DNA of 64,000 nucleotides from Escherichia coli (GTDB lineage Bacteria; Pseudomonadota; Gammaproteobacteria; Enterobacterales; Enterobacteriaceae): NCBI RefSeq assembly GCF_046105845.1, contig NZ_CP151004.1; one strand, 5' to 3'. Shown piece by piece: positions 57,515 to 64,000 of this stretch (position 1 is its first letter; each line of letters starts with the position of its first letter). The notes under the pieces were generated by a model. It saw only the letters and a program-made list of their open reading frames with translations, ran no database searches and was not told where the DNA came from. The position numbers and the translations under genes were made by a program.

Positions 57515-57531
57515 TTGGAAAAATTTTCCAA
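57515..57531. promoter_or_regulatory. AllR operator in the gcl promoter region
   Basis: Perfect palindrome ttggaaaaattttccaa immediately upstream of gcl. Confidence 0.75.
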
Positions 57532-57551
57532 CTTTCAAATTTTGTCAAAAA

Positions 57552-57580
57552 ACCCCGCTCCGCAGAGCGGGATGCGACAG
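57552..57580 (-). terminator. Rho-independent terminator downstream of allR
   Basis: Minus-strand hairpin cccgctc-tgcg-gagcggg followed by a T-tract (plus strand aaaaaaccccgctccgcagagcggg). Confidence 0.6.
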
Positions 57581-57583
57581 ACA

Positions 57584-58399
57584 CTATGGATGTGCTTTCA
57601 GTCCCAACGCCGTGCTGATATCGCGGGCGGTGTCTCTGACCAGCTCACCCTGACTGACAAAACGATCTTCTGTCAGTCTTGATGAAGGCCCGGAGATGGA
57701 GATAGCGGCAACAACGCTACCTACATCATCGTAAATTGCTGAAGCTATGCAATTCAGACCGACAACATGCTCTTCTTTATCTACGGTATAGCCCAGTTCA
57801 CGCGCTTGTTCCAGGTCCTTCAGCAAGGTGGGCATATCCACAAGCGTCGTTGGCGTAAACTGCTGCAAACCGGTTTGCAGAATGATGCTCATCAACTCCT
57901 CTTCCGCCAGCGGATAAAGCAGCGCCTTGCCCGCACCGGAAGCATGCAGCGGCAGACGACTGCCCAGCGGCGCACACATCCTGACCATCGATTTACACTC
58001 CAACTGACCAATTAATACTGCTTCATTGCCGTTACGAATCGCGACATTGACCGTTTCGCCGGAAAGTAACATCAGGCGGCGCATAAACGGCCCGGCGACG
58101 GAGAGGACATCGCGGTTATGGATGTACGCCGCACCGACGTTAAAAACACCTAATCCTATATGCCACCAGCCTAACTGACTGTCCTGGTAGACAAAATCCG
58201 CTGCCTGTAAAACCTTCAGCAAGCGAAAGGTCGTGGAGAGCGGCAAATCCAGATTGAGAGAAATATCGCTAACCGACGAACTCCCCCCACTTTTTTCCAG
58301 ATATTGCAGAATCGCAATTCCCCGCTCTAACGCCTGTGCGCCCTTCTGTGCCACAGGCTCCGCCTGTCCTGGCCTGCCGCGCCGTCTAACTTCCGTCAT
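57584..58399 (-). CDS. allR: IclR-family repressor of the allantoin regulon AllR (271 aa)
   Basis: [39 protein letters not shown]... Confidence 0.93.
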
Positions 58400-58454
58400 A
58401 CCTACGTTAACTCCGACCTACAAGTGAGCATAAACAATGAACAATTAGTTTATC

Positions 58455-58859
58455 TTATGCAAGTCGGTTGCAGGCGAAAAGTGGGTGATGCCAGACGTTA
58501 CGATGGTAATTCACTCCCTGTTCGCCGTTGGTAATAAACGCCCGCAGAGTTGACAGGTCTGGTTTGTCGTCACCTAACGCCACGACCACCACAAACACTT
58601 CACCTTTCATCGGGATAAAGGCCTGAGTACCCAGCGGATGACGTTCGAGTTCGTGAATGGTCAGCGGCAGATTCGCCGGTTGCGCGCGGTTAATGCTGAT
58701 AAGCGTACGGTCTTGCTCAAGAATCTCAACCAGCGCCAAATCGTGGTAACGCTCCACCAGGCCATTGTTAATATGGAAAAAATCCCGTTGCTGCGTTTCG
58801 ATTACATCGCCATAAGCACTAAAGGCTTCCTGACTTAACGGTAATACCTGAAGTTTCAT
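58455..58859 (-). CDS. allA: Ureidoglycolate lyase AllA; ORF is 134 aa, about 26 residues shorter at the C-terminus than the ~160 aa I recall for K-12
   Basis: [53 protein letters not shown]...[14 protein letters not shown] then stop at 58455. Confidence 0.75.
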   Translation of the reverse strand: MKLQVLPLSQEAFSAYGDVIETQQRDFFHINNGLVERYHDLALVEILEQDRTLISINRAQPANLPLTIHELERHPLGTQAFIPMKGEVFVVVVALGDDKPDLSTLRAFITNGEQGVNYHRNVWHHPLFACNRLA

Positions 58860-58964
58860 CTTTTTGTCCTTGTAACATAATTCCGTTCAACCACCGCCGA
58901 CCGGTCAGCTTGGTTTCAATAACAGGCAATCTAAAACCTTAAGAGAACAACATCAACACAAAAG

Positions 58965-58981
58965 TTGGAATATTTTTCCAA
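58965..58981. promoter_or_regulatory. AllR operator in the allA-allS divergent promoter region
   Basis: Palindrome ttggaatatttttccaa, same half-sites as the gcl operator. Confidence 0.7.
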
Positions 58982-59088
58982 AACTAGATTTAGTCCACAA
59001 ATTGAACAGGGTTATCATGTAAAAATACTGATAAATCAGAGGATAAGAAAATCACGCAACTTGCGGATTTAAAAGGGGATACCTGAAG

Positions 59089-60015
59089 ATGTTCGATCCA
59101 GAAACCTTGCGGACTTTCATTGCGGTTGCTGAAACAGGAAGTTTTTCAAAAGCGGCAGAACGATTATGTAAAACCACGGCGACAATCAGTTATCGCATTA
59201 AACTTCTGGAAGAGAATACCGGAGTGGCGCTGTTTTTCCGCACGACTCGCAGCGTGACGTTGACAGCGGCTGGCGAGCATCTACTTTCTCAGGCCAGAGA
59301 CTGGCTGAGCTGGCTGGAAAGTATGCCAAGCGAGCTGCAACAGGTGAATGATGGCGTGGAACGCCAGGTGAATATTGTCATCAACAACCTGCTCTATAAT
59401 CCCCAGGCCGTCGCCCAGTTGCTGGCGTGGCTGAATGAGCGTTACCCCTTTACCCAGTTTCACATCTCCCGACAAATCTATATGGGCGTCTGGGACTCGC
59501 TATTGTACGAAGGTTTTTCGCTGGCTATCGGCGTCACGGGAACTGAGGCGCTGGCAAATACCTTTAGTCTTGATCCCTTAGGATCGGTGCAATGGCGCTT
59601 TGTCATGGCGGCGGATCATCCGCTGGCGAACGTTGAAGAGCCGCTAACAGAAGCTCAGTTGCGTCGCTTTCCGGCGGTCAATATTGAAGACAGCGCCCGC
59701 ACCTTAACCAAACGCGTCGCCTGGCGATTGCCAGGGCAAAAAGAGATTATTGTTCCTGATATGGAAACGAAAATCGCCGCCCATCTGGCGGGCGTTGGCA
59801 TTGGTTTTTTGCCAAAATCACTTTGCCAGTCAATGATCGATAATCAACAACTGGTCAGCCGGGTAATCCCAACGATGCGCCCTCCTTCGCCATTGAGTCT
59901 GGCATGGCGCAAATTTGGCAGCGGCAAAGCGGTAGAAGATATTGTGACCTTGTTTACCCAACGCAGGCCGGAAATCAGCGGATTTTTAGAAATTTTCGGC
60001 AACCCACGCAGTTAA
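59089..60015 (+). CDS. allS: LysR-family activator of allDCE, AllS (308 aa)
   Basis: [54 protein letters not shown]... Confidence 0.93.
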
Positions 60016-60068
60016 AAATCAAGTTTCCTTGCGCGTTGGCGCGTAAAATAGCGCGCAAGCTGATTTGA

Positions 60069-61178
<1,110 letters not shown>

Positions 61179-61241
61179 TGGGCGGTATTCTGAAACGGCG
61201 ATTGTCGTGAGAACAGAATGGTTGCACCAGAATACAGATAT

Positions 61242-61271
61242 AAAAAAACCGACATGACAGTCGGTTTTTTT
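61242..61271. terminator. Bidirectional rho-independent terminator, for selU (plus) and for the candidate antisense sRNA (minus)
   Basis: aaaaaaaccgacatgacagtcggttttttt: perfect 6-bp stem with an A-tract on one side and a T-tract on the other. Confidence 0.75.
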
Positions 61272-61330
61272 ATTTTTTCCGCCCAAAACTTGGTGGTTCC
61301 GGGCAGAAATGAAACAGTCCTCATCTAGCA
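61242..61330 (-). ncRNA. Candidate antisense antitoxin sRNA (~89 nt) paired with the downstream small toxin ORF
   Basis: Minus-strand promoter TTTGAA(61365-61360)-N18-TATAAT(61341-61336); predicted 5' end at about 61330, the edge of a 16-nt repeat also found in the toxin leader; ends at the bidirectional terminator. Confidence 0.4.
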
Positions 61331-61589
61331 AGTGAATTATAAGTCAGGATGCCTACATATTCAAACAGCTATGTTGGCGATACAATCCCGACGCTAGTAG
61401 TGATACTGCCTCAAGGGATTACCGCAGTGCGGAAAAGTACTTTTAAGTCCTGGTCAGGATACAGGTGGTGCTGATTCTGGTGCTCTAATTTGGAGAGAGG
61501 CAGTCCTCATCTAGCACATGAAGAAAATCATAGTTACAGGCAACGTAAGGGTAAGCTGTGATTGTCTTTCTCCCTTAAGGGAGCAACGG

Positions 61590-61673
61590 ATGAAAACTTT
61601 TCTCGATAAAGTTCTCATCATTCTTAAGGCGCTAATCGCGCTGCTGGAACTGATCCGTCAGTTTATTGAATAA
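61590..61673 (+). CDS. Small hydrophobic peptide (27 aa), candidate type I toxin of the DinQ/ShoB class
   Basis: MKTFLDKVLIILKALIALLELIRQFIE; SD aagggag 6 nt upstream of the ATG, sequestered in the palindrome ctcccttaagggag; in-frame stop 39 nt upstream; the motif ALIALLELIR matches what I recall of E. coli DinQ. Confidence 0.55.
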   Translation: MKTFLDKVLIILKALIALLELIRQFIE

Positions 61674-61689
61674 CTGAGGAAACGTAGCT

Positions 61690-61720
61690 AAGGCCGAAGG
61701 TTTACCACCTTCGGCCTTTA
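61690..61720 (+). terminator. Stem-loop downstream of the small toxin ORF
   Basis: aaggccgaagg-tttacca-ccttcggcctt, an 11-bp stem; weak T-tract, followed by a second imperfect hairpin at 61722-61745. Confidence 0.5.
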
Positions 61721-61776
61721 AAAAAACCGACATGACAGTTGGTTTCATATTTATTGCCAAAATGCACACTGTTCAT

Positions 61777-61874
61777 GCCAGATGCGGCGTAAACGCCTTA
61801 TCCGGCCTACACAATCTTGCAAAATCAATATATTGCACGATCCTCGTAGGCCTGATAAGCGTAGCGCATCAGGC
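61777..61874. repeat. BIME: pair of inverted REP elements
   Basis: gccagatgcggcgtaaacgccttatccggcctac ... gtaggcctgataagcgtagcgcatcaggc; near-identical architecture to the BIME at 3655-3752. Confidence 0.8.
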
Positions 61875-61890
61875 AATCTAACGCCTGTCA

Positions 61891-64000
61891 TCATCCCGCA
61901 AACTGCCTGAACAGCGCCTTACCCTTAACCAGTCGCGCACCCAGCCAGCCGCCGAAAAGCGACAGCAGCAGTGCACCGCTGCACGGCAGCACAATCCACA
62001 ATCGCCAGTCTGGCTCCCACGGAAAATCAAACACTTTCGCCTGCAACACTGCCAGCGCCGTTTCCGCACCAATTGCGGCTACCAGGCCAGAAACAAACCC
62101 AAGCATGGCGAACTCACACCACAATGTCGTGCGCAGCAGCTTTTTCCCCGCACCGAGTGTGCGCCACACCACCAGCTCCTGATGACGCTGACGCATTCCC
62201 ACCTGCACCTGTGCCAGCAACAGCAACATACCGCAGGCGGTGACCAGCACCACCATCACCTCCAGCGCCCGACTTACCTGCTCCAGCACCTGACCGACCT
62301 GTTTTAAAATCGCGCCAATGTCTAACAGGCTAATGGTAGGGAACTGGCGGTTGAGTTGCGTCAACATGCCGTTGCCATTCTCCCAGCGGAAACTGGTAAG
62401 CCAGCTCTGCGGTTGCCCGTCTAATGCCCCTTCAGGGAAAATAAAATAGAAATTAGGCCGCAGACTTTCCCAGTCCACTTTGCGCAGGCTGGTCACTTTA
62501 GCGCGGAACTCCTGGGTATCGCCCATAAAAGTCACGGTATCACCGAGGGCAACGTTTAAGCGTTTCGCCAGCCCCTCTTCCATCGACACTTCATCGGCTT
62601 TTGGCGGCCAGTTACCGGCGACAATCGGATTATGATCGGGCCGCGTATTTTGCCAGGTAAGATTAAGTTCGCGATTGAGCGCCTCATCTTCATTGCCTTC
62701 TGTCGGCTTGCCGTTAATCGCCGTCAGTCTCGCCCGCACCACCGGATAAAATGATTCCGGGACTATCTGATGTTCCGCGAGGAACGCTTTTAGCGGTGCT
62801 ACCTGTTCTGTGGCGATGTTGATTAAAAAGTAGTTCGGGCTTTCTGGCGGTAGCTGCTGCTGCCAGCGGTCAAGCAGATCGCCACGCAGCACCAGCAGCA
62901 GTGCCAACAGCATAAAGGAGAGCGAAAATGCCGAAAGCTGGCTTAACGTTGACCACGGCTGACGTAACAGGCGGCTAACCGCCAGGCGCAGAGGTAGCGA
63001 TTTCAGCGTCATGCGGCGAAGTACATTCAGCAGCATCCAGCCCAGCACACCGCACAGCAAAGCCAGTACTACCGCGCCCGCCAGCACCGCCCAGAGCAGC
63101 ATACTGCCGCCCATTAATCCGGCGAGCAGCAGCACAACCACCACACTGACAATCGGCAGATAAAACTTGAGCGGCCAGACGTTCGCGACCACATCATTAC
63201 GCAATACGCGTAAAGGCTGCGTTGCCAGCAACAAGCGGTACGGTCGTAGCCCCACCAGCAGCGAGATGACCGTCATGGTGCCCAGCGCCCACAACCACGG
63301 CCAGAGGCTGGCTGGCGGTAGTGCAGCAGGCAGAACGGGCTTGAGCAGCACCATCAACACGTTTTCGAACAACAGGCCTATCGCCCCGCCGGTAACGGCT
63401 GAAAGCGTCAGCACCATCAACCACTGACCGACGATTAGCTTACGCAGTTGCGCTCGCCCTGCCCCCAGCGTTTTGAGGATCGCCACAAGATCGTAGCGAC
63501 TGCGACAGTAATGATTCATCGCCACCGCCACCGCTGCCACTGCCAGCAGCAAGGTCAGAAGCGCCGAAAGCAGCAGGAACTGTTGCGAGCGTTCCATCGA
63601 GCGCCCCAGCGCGCCTTCGTCCTGTTCCAGACCGTACCAGCGTTGTTCGGGTTTAAGCTGGGGTAACAACCATTTCTCATAGCCGTCGAGCTGGTTCTCG
63701 TTGCCGCCGAATTTATAGCGCCAGGTGACCCGACTTCCCGGCTGCACGGCTCCGGTTTTATCGACATCCGCCAGATTCATCATCAGACGCGGAGCCATCT
63801 GGAAGGGGTTAAAACCGGAATCCGGTTCCTGAATCACTTCTCCGGCAATCCGCAAGGTGGCATCACCCACGTCGATGGTGTCGCCTGTTTTCAGGTTAAG
63901 CAGTGCCATCAGGCGTGGGGCCAGCAATACGCTGCCCGCCTGCGGTTTCAGGCCAGGGGGATTAGTTTGCAGATCGCCATACATCGGGTAGATATCATCC
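61891..64000 (-). CDS. ybbP: FtsX-like ABC transporter permease YbbP; 5' end beyond the window end
   Basis: Minus-strand ORF with stop at 61891 that runs to the window edge; multiple TM segments and duplicated FtsX-like permease regions. Confidence 0.85.
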   Translation of the reverse strand, partial: DDIYPMYGDLQTNPPGLKPQAGSVLLAPRLMALLNLKTGDTIDVGDATLRIAGEVIQEPDSGFNPFQMAPRLMMNLADVDKTGAVQPGSRVTWRYKFGGNENQLDGYEKWLLPQLKPEQRWYGLEQDEGALGRSMERSQQFLLLSALLTLLLAVAAVAVAMNHYCRSRYDLVAILKTLGAGRAQLRKLIVGQWLMVLTLSAVTGGAIGLLFENVLMVLLKPVLPAALPPASLWPWLWALGTMTVISLLVGLRPYRLLLATQPLRVLRNDVVANVWPLKFYLPIVSVVVVLLLAGLMGGSMLLWAVLAGAVVLALLCGVLGWMLLNVLRRMTLKSLPLRLAVSRLLRQPWSTLSQLSAFSLSFMLLALLLVLRGDLLDRWQQQLPPESPNYFLINIATEQVAPLKAFLAEHQIVPESFYPVVRARLTAINGKPTEGNEDEALNRELNLTWQNTRPDHNPIVAGNWPPKADEVSMEEGLAKRLNVALGDTVTFMGDTQEFRAKVTSLRKVDWESLRPNFYFIFPEGALDGQPQSWLTSFRWENGNGMLTQLNRQFPTISLLDIGAILKQVGQVLEQVSRALEVMVVLVTACGMLLLLAQVQVGMRQRHQELVVWRTLGAGKKLLRTTLWCEFAMLGFVSGLVAAIGAETALAVLQAKVFDFPWEPDWRLWIVLPCSGALLLSLFGGWLGARLVKGKALFRQFAG

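Noticed and set aside
61380-61590. LexA (SOS) box upstream of the small toxin ORF, as for dinQ and tisB
   Set aside because: No CTG-N10-CAG match found; the closest (ctggtcaggatacag) has a 9-nt spacer. SOS control is therefore not supported by the sequence.

Overview
The window reads as a contiguous stretch of Escherichia coli chromosome, in inverted orientation relative to K-12 MG1655 as I recall it (roughly the 0.5-0.6 Mb region). All identifications below come from reading the supplied ORF translations and the DNA directly; no database search was run. Gene order: fes (3' end runs off the window start), fepA, entD, two tandem hok/mok (hokE-like) units, ybdK, ybdJ, ybdF, nfsB, ybdG, pheP, cusABFC with divergent cusRS, nfrB-nfrA-ybcH, envY, tRNA-Arg (argU), fimZ, the sfmACDHF fimbrial operon, folD, ybcJ, ybcI, cysS, ppiB-lpxH, purEK, the fdrA-ylbE-ylbF-carbamate-kinase operon, the allantoin/glyoxylate regulon (allDCE, glxK, ybbY, allB, allP, glxR, hyi, gcl, allR, allA, allS), selU (ybbB), then ybbP (5' end runs off the window end). 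Most of the window is well-known core genome. The most interesting signal is a compact ~480 bp module between selU and ybbP (61242-61745): a 27-codon hydrophobic ORF resembling DinQ/ShoB-class type I toxins, a divergent candidate antisense sRNA sharing a 16-nt repeat with the toxin leader, and 26-bp direct repeats (duplicated terminator hairpin) flanking the whole unit. Other accessory-type observations: the hok/mok locus is present as two diverged tandem copies; the sites that in K-12 carry IS186, prophage DLP12 and the RhsD element appear unoccupied; ylbE is an intact 419-codon ORF; and the allA ORF is shorter than I expect. No CRISPR array, integrase or transposase was found.
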